The notes under the pieces were generated by a model, which searched no databases, was not told where the DNA came from, and saw nothing but the letters and a program-made list of their open reading frames with translations. A program made the position numbers and the translations under genes. Below, piece by piece: positions 40,325-48,917 of a stretch of 64,000 nucleotides of DNA (position 1 is its first letter; each line of letters starts with the position of its first letter). Origin of the DNA: Candidatus Atabeyarchaeum deiterrae (GTDB lineage: Archaea; Asgardarchaeota; Atabeyarchaeia; Atabeyarchaeales; Atabeyarchaeaceae); assembly GCA_037310415.1 (NCBI GenBank), contig CP147780.1, forward strand, positions 160,001-224,000. Reading direction: 5' to 3'.

Positions 40325-41617
40325 GTGAACAGTGTTATGGGCAACATCGATAGTGTCGATCCAACCTTCGTGACAGAACCCTCTGACGTGGATCCAGACA
40401 ACAACGTGATAGCGACTTACTACGTTGATGCAGATTTCTCGACTCTGAAAGCGGGCGAACAAATCGCCATCGAGGAGAGCACAGGCACCTGGACCGAGGT
40501 CTCAACTTCTAAGGAAAATGTGAAGAGACTTTCAGGCAAGGTCTTTGAGTACCAAAAAGGAAACGAAGGTACAATCAAGCTAGCCTTCCCACTTGAGCTC
40601 TTTGACGTTGAGTCCGGTATCCCCAACCTGCTGAGCGTAATTGCTGGCAACCTATTCGGACTCGCACCACTGAGAAATGTCAGGTTACAGGATGTTGAGT
40701 TACCCAAAGACTACATAAAGAGCTTCTCTGGGCCAAGATTTGGAATTGATGGAATTAGAAAAATAATCGGAACGACTAAAGAAGGGAGACCGCATGTTGG
40801 AACCATAATCAAACCTAAAGTGGGCTTAAGTCCGCGGCAGACCGCTGAAGTTGCTTATCAAGCAGCTATGGGTGGAGTCGACCTGATCAAAGACGATGAG
40901 ACTCTCACGAACCAGTCTTTCTGCCCCCTTGAAAAAAGGGTGTCTTTTGTGATGGAGAAGCTTGACAGAGTTAAGGGAGAGACTGGCAGAAAAGTCCTCT
41001 ACGCTGTAAACGTGTCGGCATATCATGAAAGAATGATGAAGCTAGCTCAAGTGGCAATAGACAACGGAGCAAACTGCCTGATGATTGACTTCCTGACTGC
41101 AGGATTCTCGGCACTACAAGCATTGTCATCCGAGGACTCCTTCAATGTTCCAATACATGTTCACAGAACCATGCATGCAGCACTTGACAGAAACCCGAAA
41201 CATGGCATAGCCATGATGGTCTTAGCTAAGCTTGCTCGGTTAGCGGGAGGAGACCAACTGCACACTGGAACAGCAGCGGGAAAAATGGACAGGGGAGGCG
41301 AGGCGGTGAGAGAAACGAACGACTTCCTTCGCTCCGAATGGGTTGGAATCAAAACCACATTTCCCGTCGCGTCAGGTGGAGTGCACCCCGGCATAGTTCC
41401 TGACAATGTTGAAGCGTTAGGGAAGGACTTGGTTATCCAAGCAGGAGGAGGAATCCACGGACATCCGATGGGAACCAAGAGCGGGGCAATGGCAATGAGA
41501 CAAGCCATTGACGCAGTTATGAAAAATGTCTCCTTAGAGGATTACGGGAAGACTCATAGCGAGCTTGCTTTAGCCCTAGAAAAGTGGGATAAGAGATATG
41601 GAAAAGTAACAGACTGA
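40325..41617 (+). CDS. rbcL: Form III RuBisCO large subunit
   Basis: ESTGTW, GNLFG, IKPKVG, DLIKDDE, HVHRTMH, HTGTAAGKM (loop-6 Lys), SGG, QAGGG all intact. Confidence 0.92.
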   Translation: MNSVMGNIDSVDPTFVTEPSDVDPDNNVIATYYVDADFSTLKAGEQIAIEESTGTWTEVSTSKENVKRLSGKVFEYQKGNEGTIKLAFPLELFDVESGIPNLLSVIAGNLFGLAPLRNVRLQDVELPKDYIKSFSGPRFGIDGIRKIIGTTKEGRPHVGTIIKPKVGLSPRQTAEVAYQAAMGGVDLIKDDETLTNQSFCPLEKRVSFVMEKLDRVKGETGRKVLYAVNVSAYHERMMKLAQVAIDNGANCLMIDFLTAGFSALQALSSEDSFNVPIHVHRTMHAALDRNPKHGIAMMVLAKLARLAGGDQLHTGTAAGKMDRGGEAVRETNDFLRSEWVGIKTTFPVASGGVHPGIVPDNVEALGKDLVIQAGGGIHGHPMGTKSGAMAMRQAIDAVMKNVSLEDYGKTHSELALALEKWDKRYGKVTD

Positions 41618-41713
41618 ATCTAATTAAGGAAAACACTAATACACATGTAATTCGTTGTCTGTCTGAATCCAGAAACCGATGCTGACCACTGCTACCAGAG
41701 GTGTTGAGACGAT

Positions 41714-42358
41714 TTGCCCAAGGTGAAGAAATCCCAAATGAAGGAAGCAGCCAAAATCATCTTGCTTTTTGTGATCATTGGTGGCGGGGTTTTCGGGGCG
41801 AATGTAGCACTACAAGTAGCGATGGGCACTCCGATTCCTGTTGTGGTAGTGGTTTCTACGAGTATGGTGCCAACACTTAACGTTGGAGATGTATGCGTAA
41901 TCCGGAACGTTTCCGCTGACCAATATGTCGTTGGAAATCATACTACACGAACGGGCGACATTATCGTAATCGATGTCCACGAATGGGAAATAGCTCATAA
42001 CCTTCCGACAGATCCAGTCATACATAGAATTATCGACCGGATATATGACAATGGCACCTACTGGTTCAGAACACAGGGGGACAATAATCAGCCGCCAGAT
42101 GGCTGGGACTACGGCAAAGGCTCGGGATGGGTCGACCAGGATAGGGTCTACGGCAAAGTAATTCTCACAATACCTTGGATTGGATACATATTCCTGTTCT
42201 TAAGGGATGGAGGAGTCTTGATAGTTATCCCAATACTAGCCTTGATCATAGTTCTGATCTTCAGGGAAGAAGCATCCAAGATGCGCGAAAAAGCAAAATC
42301 GGGTTCCAACCTGACGACATTAGTTACGGGTGGCTGCCTATTGTTGGAAGTCGCGTAG
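41714..42358 (+). CDS. sec11: Signal peptidase I, archaeal/Sec11 type
   Basis: VVSTSMVPTLNVGD, IHRI, TQGDNN, IPWIG. Confidence 0.9.
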   Translation: MPKVKKSQMKEAAKIILLFVIIGGGVFGANVALQVAMGTPIPVVVVVSTSMVPTLNVGDVCVIRNVSADQYVVGNHTTRTGDIIVIDVHEWEIAHNLPTDPVIHRIIDRIYDNGTYWFRTQGDNNQPPDGWDYGKGSGWVDQDRVYGKVILTIPWIGYIFLFLRDGGVLIVIPILALIIVLIFREEASKMREKAKSGSNLTTLVTGGCLLLEVA

Positions 42359-43481
42359 GCCAGACGAATTCCTCTTGAGGTTTCAGCTCGCCCGTTCCTA
42401 CTACAACCCTGTAGTGGCCGACTCTCCCTGTTTCAGTCTCCTCTACCGCCTCAAGTGACCCTGATACTTTCATTTTGTCTCCTATGGAGCCGATTCCCCT
42501 GAATTCTCCTATCATGGACACTACCTCAGAGGGTTTCTTGTTGTCTTCGATCTCTGACTGTTCATCAAGGGGTTCATATTGCGAGATCCTGTAAATTGCT
42601 GGGCGGAACACGGACTCCCAGTCTTCCGTCACTTCGCATAGAAATGAGAGATTAAGACCAGTTGACAGATAGGTGAACTGACCGAATTTTTCCCTTATTT
42701 CTTCATGTTTTCTGATGGCATTGAGTACGACTCTCTTCCCATTCCAGAGAAAACGATTTCTTCTCAATATATCGAACATGTTTTCCTCGAGTAAGACAAA
42801 CTGGTTTCCTTTTCCACGAACTTCGTGCAGATAGCTCATGACCTCACGGTAGTTACCAGCACCATACACTGCAATATCGATATCGCTCTGTGGATTATGC
42901 ATCCCTAGGGAAATCGAGCCATGTATGCCAAAGCTACTCATGAGTACTCCGGTCTGCTTTGAGAGATACTCGATCATCTCGATGGCGGCAGTCTCCAAGC
43001 TGTCGAGGGTCCCCTTGTTCTTCCTTTCAAGCAGTTTGGCGAGGCTTAAAGATGGTTCATACACTGCCTCAATCGAGGATTTCGGAGTCATTAAGATCGA
43101 TTTCTTGAGGTTTGGATCATAAACTACATATTCGGGGTGATAGTCTTCAAAGACTTTGATTATGCGTCCATAGTTGTCAGGTGTATAGAGCTTTTCTGGC
43201 CTGACCAGTTTTACGTTATCTAGGTTCCATTCGTAGGGGAGCCATCTTAATTTGAATTCCTTCGCCAGCTTCTTCGGAACATATTTCAGATATGAGACAA
43301 CCCGTTCTATTGGATGAAGATACCCTATCACGTAGAAAATGAATCCTTCTTCGGTCAGCATTGCGTCTCCATCACGAGGGATCCACTGTTGAATTCCTTC
43401 GGCGTGACTCTCGGTGGGTAGCAGGCTAGGTTCGCCCCCGGATAAGCTCGCTGACTCTCTTTCTGAATTCTTGCTCGGCAT
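42324..43481 (-). CDS. Pol-beta superfamily nucleotidyltransferase (archaeal, COG1665-like)
   Basis: RDGD...EGFIFYVIGYLHP, GIHGS...SDIDIAVYG; overlaps the pstK stop; start uncertain. Confidence 0.8.
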   Translation of the reverse strand: MPSKNSERESASLSGGEPSLLPTESHAEGIQQWIPRDGDAMLTEEGFIFYVIGYLHPIERVVSYLKYVPKKLAKEFKLRWLPYEWNLDNVKLVRPEKLYTPDNYGRIIKVFEDYHPEYVVYDPNLKKSILMTPKSSIEAVYEPSLSLAKLLERKNKGTLDSLETAAIEMIEYLSKQTGVLMSSFGIHGSISLGMHNPQSDIDIAVYGAGNYREVMSYLHEVRGKGNQFVLLEENMFDILRRNRFLWNGKRVVLNAIRKHEEIREKFGQFTYLSTGLNLSFLCEVTEDWESVFRPAIYRISQYEPLDEQSEIEDNKKPSEVVSMIGEFRGIGSIGDKMKVSGSLEAVEETETGRVGHYRVVVGTGELKPQEEFVWPTRLPTIGSHP

Positions 43482-44241
43482 CTGCTATACTCATGGGTTC
43501 CTTGGATATCTCACTAATGAATGCTCTTCTAAGTTTGCTAGCTTCCTTGGAGAGTCTCACTTGGAGACTTCCAGCTGAGATCATGCCATTCAAGATCCTC
43601 CTTGTCGATTTGTCCAGATTCCTTTTGAAGGGGGATTTCTGAGCATGGCCTTCGTCATGAGTTGAACCGGAAATGTGCTCTGTTCCTTTTCGGCGAACTG
43701 ATTTCTCCTTAATCTTTGAGAGTACCATACGAATAACTTGCTCTACTGCGTCTTCTGCAGTGGATTTTTCGGAATCTATGACTAAAGCTGGTCTGTCCCA
43801 TTTGTACTTAGTGCCCGGTTGATCGAAGTTCTTCGCTGTCTCCGAGATTATTTCAATAGGTATAGGTTTGTCCCTTGCTGCATTACGTTCTTGTGCAACT
43901 TCGAGAGACACTGTCAGGTACACGATGATGTACTTCGCTCCATGTCTTGTAGCAACTTGTGCGAGTCTATGCCGAGTCGATTCATAGTAGTTCATATCAT
44001 CACTAATCACAATGTTGTCATGCTTCAAACCTTCCTCGATTAGAAGCAGATTGAGAGAGTATACAAAAGGCTCTCTTTTTGGGTCGTAGTGTTGCTCCAT
44101 GGCGGGAACCATTTCTCTAATTCTGTCTGGATCAACTACTAATGTGGGCAATCCGTAGTTAGACTCCAGTTTCCTTGCCAGTAGAGTAGCAACTTTAGTC
44201 TTGCCTGAACAAGGTAATCCACAGAGAATGATCATTAGCAT
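43426..44241 (-). CDS. pstK: O-phosphoseryl-tRNA(Sec) kinase (PSTK/KTI12 family)
   Basis: GLPCSGKT P-loop, DDMNYYESTR, RN..R, FDQPGTKYKWDRP, C-terminal LDKSTRRI helix; Sec-gene context. Confidence 0.88.
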   Translation of the reverse strand: MLMIILCGLPCSGKTKVATLLARKLESNYGLPTLVVDPDRIREMVPAMEQHYDPKREPFVYSLNLLLIEEGLKHDNIVISDDMNYYESTRHRLAQVATRHGAKYIIVYLTVSLEVAQERNAARDKPIPIEIISETAKNFDQPGTKYKWDRPALVIDSEKSTAEDAVEQVIRMVLSKIKEKSVRRKGTEHISGSTHDEGHAQKSPFKRNLDKSTRRILNGMISAGSLQVRLSKEASKLRRAFISEISKEPMSIADAEQEFRKRVSELIRGRT

Positions 44242-44413
44242 CTTTGATCCTCTGACCCAGAATGGGAATTATGAACGCGTGTACTACATTTTCAGGCGAT
44301 ATATTATCTTCTCTTGCAGAGGCACAAAAAAATCGCAACAAGCAGATAGCAGTCAAGAGGAGGGAAGGAAGAGATGTTAAGAATGAAAAAATGACACCTC
44401 TAGACGACAGCTC

Positions 44414-45409
44414 TCAGACCTCAACCTTCAGGTTGAGTTTCTGAACCATCTCTTTGTACCTGTTCCGCACGGTGACTTCAGTTATGTGAGCTGCTGCCGC
44501 CACTTCCTGTTGAGTTCTTCGTTCTCCCTCTATGAGGCCCGCTATGTAAAGCGCTGCAGCCGCCATGCCTGTTGGATCCTTTCCCGCAGTCAGACCCATG
44601 ATCTGAGCTTTGTCTATTACTTCCACAGCGCGTCGCTGAGAATTCACTGACATACGAAGATCCTCACCAAATCTCGGAATGAAATCCTGTGGCTTCGGTC
44701 TTGGAATCGCTATTCCTGACGTGTGGAGGATCAACCTTATGCTTCTACCCAACTCCTTGCGTCCTGCATGCGTATGGGTAGCTATCTCTTCAAGCGCTCT
44801 GGGAACATGGTGCAACCTGCAAGCCAGGTAAACTGCTGCCGCAGTGACACCATCAATGGTTCTTCCTCTCACAAGTCGTCTCTCAAGGGCTTTCCTGTAG
44901 ATGATTGCTGCAGTCTCCTTGATATCTCTGGGTATGCCGAGCTGACTTGTAAGTCTGTCAAGTTCGCTCATAGCGGTCGCCAAGTTCCTCTGAACTGAGT
45001 TGTGAACCATCGACCTAATTTGCCACTTTCTGAGCCTGTATATTTGCGCTCTTCTGCTCGGAACCAACTTGTTTCCGTAGACATCTATGTCTCTTCGATC
45101 TATGACAGTGCTGAGACCTTTGTCATGCATTGCAAATGTAGTTGGCGCTCCTACTCGACTTCGTCCTTCCTTCTCTTCGGATGAGAAGGCTCTCCACTCA
45201 GGACCTTGGTCTATATATCTCTCAGATATGACGATTCCACAATTTCCACAAATGATTTCTCCTCTAGTTGGGTCCCTGTAGATTACCGTGCTGCCGCATT
45301 CAGGGCAAGCCTCGATTGTTGTCGTCTGGTCCTTTTCCTCTGCTGCCTCTGGTTTACTGCCGATCACTTCGCCAGCCATCTCCTTTTCTACACCTCCTGT
45401 GTCTTTCAT
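44414..45409 (-). CDS. tfb: Transcription initiation factor IIB
   Basis: CPECG...CGNCG Zn ribbon, IDQGPEWRAF B-reader, RGRT, GKDP, TEVTVRNRYKE. Confidence 0.96.
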   Translation of the reverse strand: MKDTGGVEKEMAGEVIGSKPEAAEEKDQTTTIEACPECGSTVIYRDPTRGEIICGNCGIVISERYIDQGPEWRAFSSEEKEGRSRVGAPTTFAMHDKGLSTVIDRRDIDVYGNKLVPSRRAQIYRLRKWQIRSMVHNSVQRNLATAMSELDRLTSQLGIPRDIKETAAIIYRKALERRLVRGRTIDGVTAAAVYLACRLHHVPRALEEIATHTHAGRKELGRSIRLILHTSGIAIPRPKPQDFIPRFGEDLRMSVNSQRRAVEVIDKAQIMGLTAGKDPTGMAAAALYIAGLIEGERRTQQEVAAAAHITEVTVRNRYKEMVQKLNLKVEV

Positions 45410-45559
45410 GGGTTATCTCCTCTCTCAACAGGGGTTCAGCGATGCTCAAGTGTACTCGATGAAATACACTACCACCCGAGTTGCATCTCACTCTAAAAAC
45501 CTAGTCTTCGAGAGTATTGACCCTAATGATTCAAGTAACCTTTACCGCGGAGGGATAAG

Positions 45560-45574
45560 TATATAAAGCTTTCG
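45560..45574 (-). promoter_or_regulatory. BRE-TATA of tfb
   Basis: CGAAAGC followed by TTTATATA on the minus strand. Confidence 0.6.
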
Positions 45575-45625
45575 GTTCTCGCATATAAATATATGAAATC
45601 CAACCCCAGATAGTATTCGTCGATA

Positions 45626-46195
45626 CTATTCGAAGATCTTTGATACCAGCCACTTCAATGGAGCTTCTATGTTCTGACCCAACCTTGCTGATGTCTCAAA
45701 GTACTGCAATCCCAATCTTGAGGCTCGCGCTTCTGCGGTTGAACGATCTGCCAACCTCTTGTCTTTCAAGTCGATCTTGTTTCCAATTAACACTGCCGGA
45801 ACACGGCTCATTACACTAAAACACTCTTTGACCCAGTCATCGATTTTCCCCAGCGTATGTGGTAGAGTAACATCGAACATGAAGACTACCCCTGCAGACC
45901 CCTTGTAGTAAGACGGGCGGACTATCTTGAACTGAGGTTGACCCGCGAGATCCCACATTAATAGCGTTGTCTGTGTTTTGCCAATATTCATCTTCTTTAC
46001 AGTTATCTCCACTCCCAGTGTAGGGATATACTCGTCATGCAACTGTTTTCCCGTGAAATTTCTCACCAGCGTGGTCTTTCCCACGGCGGGCTCACCAACG
46101 ACAGTTATCTTCAGCTGAGGGCCTTTCAAGAATGGATATTCAACCTTGTACTCTACTTCTTGCCGGCTCAAATCGCTGAACACCTTCACCAGCAT
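45626..46195 (-). CDS. Rab/Ras-like small GTPase
   Basis: GEPAVGKT, PTLGVE, WDLAGQ, YYKG, NKID, ETSAR. Confidence 0.9.
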   Translation of the reverse strand: MLVKVFSDLSRQEVEYKVEYPFLKGPQLKITVVGEPAVGKTTLVRNFTGKQLHDEYIPTLGVEITVKKMNIGKTQTTLLMWDLAGQPQFKIVRPSYYKGSAGVVFMFDVTLPHTLGKIDDWVKECFSVMSRVPAVLIGNKIDLKDKRLADRSTAEARASRLGLQYFETSARLGQNIEAPLKWLVSKIFE

Positions 46196-46237
46196 TTGAT
46201 TTGCGAAACGGATTCTGCGGACAGTTACAATTGAGAA

Positions 46238-46963
46238 TTAACCTATTCGTTCAATATCTGAATCCTTACCTACTGATTCTTCTTCAGGTTTGGATTCTTC
46301 TTCTTTGCCTAGATCTTGTTTCACTTCCGCCAATTCTGGTTTCTCGACGGACTCTTCTTGAGTCGCTCCAGTTTCCTCCTCTGGCACGGCTGGCGCTGGC
46401 TTCAGTTTCATTATTCCAAGATCCATAAGGGTCTTCCTAACGCTGTCGACAGCTCTGTACACATCTTCTTCCTTCTTTGCGCCTGTACAGACTAGCTTTC
46501 CTGACCCAAAGAGTAGAATGACAACTTTTGGCTCCTTCATCCTATAAATCAGACCAGGAAATTGCTCTGGTTCATACATGACATTTTCCAAGCTGTATGC
46601 GGCCAGCTCAAGGTTCAACTCGGCGCCTAAAGAAGCAGATGCTACAATATTCTGAACGGTAATAATGGGTTCGCCAGTTATCTGGATCCCAGCTTCGCGT
46701 AGATGCTCCACTATCCTATGTACGGCTCTTCCTGCCTCCGCCTCGCTCTTTGCCCCAGTGCAAACCATTTTGCCGGAACTGAAAATGAGAGTCGCCGTCT
46801 TTGGTTTCTTGAGACGATACACTAATCCTGGAAACTGCTCGGGGTCATATTCTACATTGAGTAGTGAACGGGCAACTTTGTCAAGATCAATTCTTTGATT
46901 AACAGCTACTGAAGCAACCACGTTTTCTATTCTTATCTTCGGTTTAGGAAGTGACTGTAACAA
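46238..46963 (-). CDS. tbp: TATA-box binding protein with acidic C-terminal tail
   Basis: Two repeats NVVAS..YDPEQFPGL..LIFSSGKMVCTGAK / NIVAS..YEPEQFPGL..LLFGSGKLVCTGAK; TTG start behind AGGAGG. Confidence 0.96.
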   Translation of the reverse strand: MLQSLPKPKIRIENVVASVAVNQRIDLDKVARSLLNVEYDPEQFPGLVYRLKKPKTATLIFSSGKMVCTGAKSEAEAGRAVHRIVEHLREAGIQITGEPIITVQNIVASASLGAELNLELAAYSLENVMYEPEQFPGLIYRMKEPKVVILLFGSGKLVCTGAKKEEDVYRAVDSVRKTLMDLGIMKLKPAPAVPEEETGATQEESVEKPELAEVKQDLGKEEESKPEEESVGKDSDIERIG

Positions 46964-47057
46964 CAGATATTCCTCCTTTTGGCCCAAATGCAGGAATCTG
47001 CTCCTCAAATCAAGACGTCTTCGCTGCAATTGAAGCTCTTAAAACGATTTGTTTCTC

Positions 47058-47100
47058 CCTTATAAAGATCATTTATAAAGCATTAGAGAGCTTTATAAAG
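47058..47100 (-). promoter_or_regulatory. Three tandem TATA boxes upstream of tbp
   Basis: CTTTATAAAG (47100-47091), CTTTATAAAT (47080-47071), CTTTATAAGG (47067-47058). Confidence 0.7.
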
Positions 47101-47245
47101 CTACTCCCTCAAATCCCCAAAATACGACACCGAGTCATGAAACACCCGACGAATAATGCTACCTCTGATGCAAAAAGGATTTGGAAGAAAGAGCGATCTT
47201 TCGCTTGTGTCGAAACATTAGCATGAATTAGGGATTGCTATTTCT

Positions 47246-47518
47246 CTAGAATGGTTTTTCGAACCTCAGCGACTCGACTTTCCTTGTCTTCTTCAACTTC
47301 TTCTTCAAGCGTTTGTAATGCCTGTCGCATATGAAAAAGCGATTTCCCGGACTTTTCACTTCAAGACCAGCGTCACTCAAAGAGCCGCCTGCAGATGACT
47401 TTGACAGCGATCTGACGGCAATCTCGTTACAGCCATCAACGTCGCAATGAGCGCCCTTCTTGACTTTTCCCATTTTCCCGAGCACCACATTCATGCAGTC
47501 GGTTTCGCCTTCAGACAC
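47246..47518 (-). CDS. Small archaeal zinc-finger-like protein
   Basis: MGKVKKGAHCDVDGC...RSLS...ICDRHYK (C-x4-C ... C-x2-H); true start may be at MGKV. Confidence 0.7.
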   Translation of the reverse strand: MSEGETDCMNVVLGKMGKVKKGAHCDVDGCNEIAVRSLSKSSAGGSLSDAGLEVKSPGNRFFICDRHYKRLKKKLKKTRKVESLRFEKPF

Positions 47519-47599
47519 AAGACACCTTCTGAGTTAAGACTTCTCCCTTTTTAAGGCTATCCTCATAAGCAGAGAAACCGCCGCGCCTATCTTCTATGG

Positions 47600-48595
47600 T
47601 CAGTCTGATGGCTTCCCTGAAAGTTTGTCTATATTGAAGTCGAAGACCTCGACTGAGGATTCACCATCCGAAATGAGAAGTTTTCTTGAATTAACGACCT
47701 TGCCTATAAGCTTGGAGACGACTCCGTGCTTTGAGAGAATAGAGACGCATTGATCTGCTTTCTTCGGGTCTGACGTCAATATCACCCCAAAACCAGGGTA
47801 CGCCTTCAACCATTGATCCATGTCAACGCCTGGTGGCTTTGGGATGTTGGTCAGGTCTATTTCTCCTCCGAGGTTGCTCGAATCTAGGAGCATCCCTAGC
47901 GTTCCAACGATACCCGGGTTGCTTATGTCTTTCGCGGCGGTCGCCAAATTGTCCTTCGCAATTTCGCGCATCGCTCTCAAACGATCTTCAACCTCTGCTT
48001 TCGATTTATGGGTGGTGGTGTCCCAGGCAGTCTTGAAGGCTTTATGAAAACGCCCATCTAGGTCAACAGCCGCTATTATCAGGTCATCTGGCTGCGCGGT
48101 ATTGCTTCTGATCAAAGACTTCTTGCGAACCATGCCTATTATTGAAACGCTGAGTCTATTTGCCGATGCTTCTGGGCTAAGGTGCCCCCCAACCATTGGG
48201 ACATTGAATTTCGAGCAGCCCTCCGTAATACCTTCAACAATTTTGTTTCTGATGTCACTGGATGTCGCAGCTAACGTGTTTACCATCGCAATTGGAGTGC
48301 CACCTTTGGCGGTAATGTCGTTGACGCTAACCAAGACCGAACAGTATCCAGCAAATGTTGGATCAGCATCTATCAGTCTGTCCCATATTTCTTCGGCTTT
48401 GAAAAGCAAGTAGTTATCTTTGTACCCGATATCTATCACGGCGCAGTCTTCACCAAACGATTCAATCACCTTTGCACCGAAAGGAATTGCGGCACTAATC
48501 GTGGATTTCATCCTTCTAGTGACTTCCACAATTGGCGTTTTCCTCTTCACGCCAACATAACTCTTGATAGACTCGGCTATGGGTTTCAAGTTCAT
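47600..48595 (-). CDS. PurM/AIR-synthase superfamily ATP-utilising protein (methanogenesis marker 2-like)
   Basis: GVKRK, FGEDCAVI, VNDITAKGG, VGGH, AKDISNPG, YPGFG. Confidence 0.8.
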   Translation of the reverse strand: MNLKPIAESIKSYVGVKRKTPIVEVTRRMKSTISAAIPFGAKVIESFGEDCAVIDIGYKDNYLLFKAEEIWDRLIDADPTFAGYCSVLVSVNDITAKGGTPIAMVNTLAATSSDIRNKIVEGITEGCSKFNVPMVGGHLSPEASANRLSVSIIGMVRKKSLIRSNTAQPDDLIIAAVDLDGRFHKAFKTAWDTTTHKSKAEVEDRLRAMREIAKDNLATAAKDISNPGIVGTLGMLLDSSNLGGEIDLTNIPKPPGVDMDQWLKAYPGFGVILTSDPKKADQCVSILSKHGVVSKLIGKVVNSRKLLISDGESSVEVFDFNIDKLSGKPSD

Positions 48596-48714
48596 TTTGT
48601 CATTTATCCTCCGATTTTTGGAAAGGACAAGAATTTGGACATGATGTTCAGATTCGAGATAAGTTTGCTACCTGTTTGTGAATATTCAAGTTTCTAGGAT
48701 AACGAGGAAACGAC

Positions 48715-48722
48715 TTTATATT
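48715..48722 (+). promoter_or_regulatory. TATA box of the tRNA-Sec gene
   Basis: GGAAACGAC then TTTATATT, 42 nt before the mature 5' end. Confidence 0.65.
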
Positions 48723-48777
48723 ACTATGGCATCTCACGTGTTGACTGAAAGCACTTGGCGCCCGACAGCGGGGGTGG

Positions 48778-48815
48778 AAGCATTCAATCCGGCATCGAGA
48801 TTGGATGTTGCCTAT
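48778..48815 (+). other. tRNA-Sec intron 1 (38 nt, D-loop)
   Basis: BHB: central helix GGGT/GCCT, bulges GGA and ATT, inner helix AGCATTCAATC/GATTGGATGTT, outer GG/CC. Confidence 0.82.
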
Positions 48816-48852
48816 TCCCAAGCACTGGACTTCAAATCCGGTACACCAGAAA

Positions 48853-48876
48853 AACCTTGCGTATGATGGTTCTGAT
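48853..48876 (+). other. tRNA-Sec intron 2 (24 nt, variable-arm loop)
   Basis: Relaxed BHB: central helix CAGA/TCTG, bulges AAA and ATT, inner helix ACC/GGT; product is a 6-bp stem with GAAA tetraloop. Confidence 0.78.
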
Positions 48877-48892
48877 TGGTGTGGAGTTCGAT

Positions 48893-48917
48893 TCGCCCGA
48901 CAATGCGGGAGCGAGAG
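48893..48917 (+). other. tRNA-Sec intron 3 (25 nt, T-loop 59/60)
   Basis: BHB: outer GGAG/CTCC, central TTCG/CGAG, bulges ATT and AGT, inner CCCG/CGGG. Confidence 0.85.

Noticed and set aside
47600-48595. Calling the PurM-fold gene selD
   Set aside because: Lacks the N-terminal Cys/Sec-x-x-Lys catalytic motif, and no upstream in-frame UGA extension was found.
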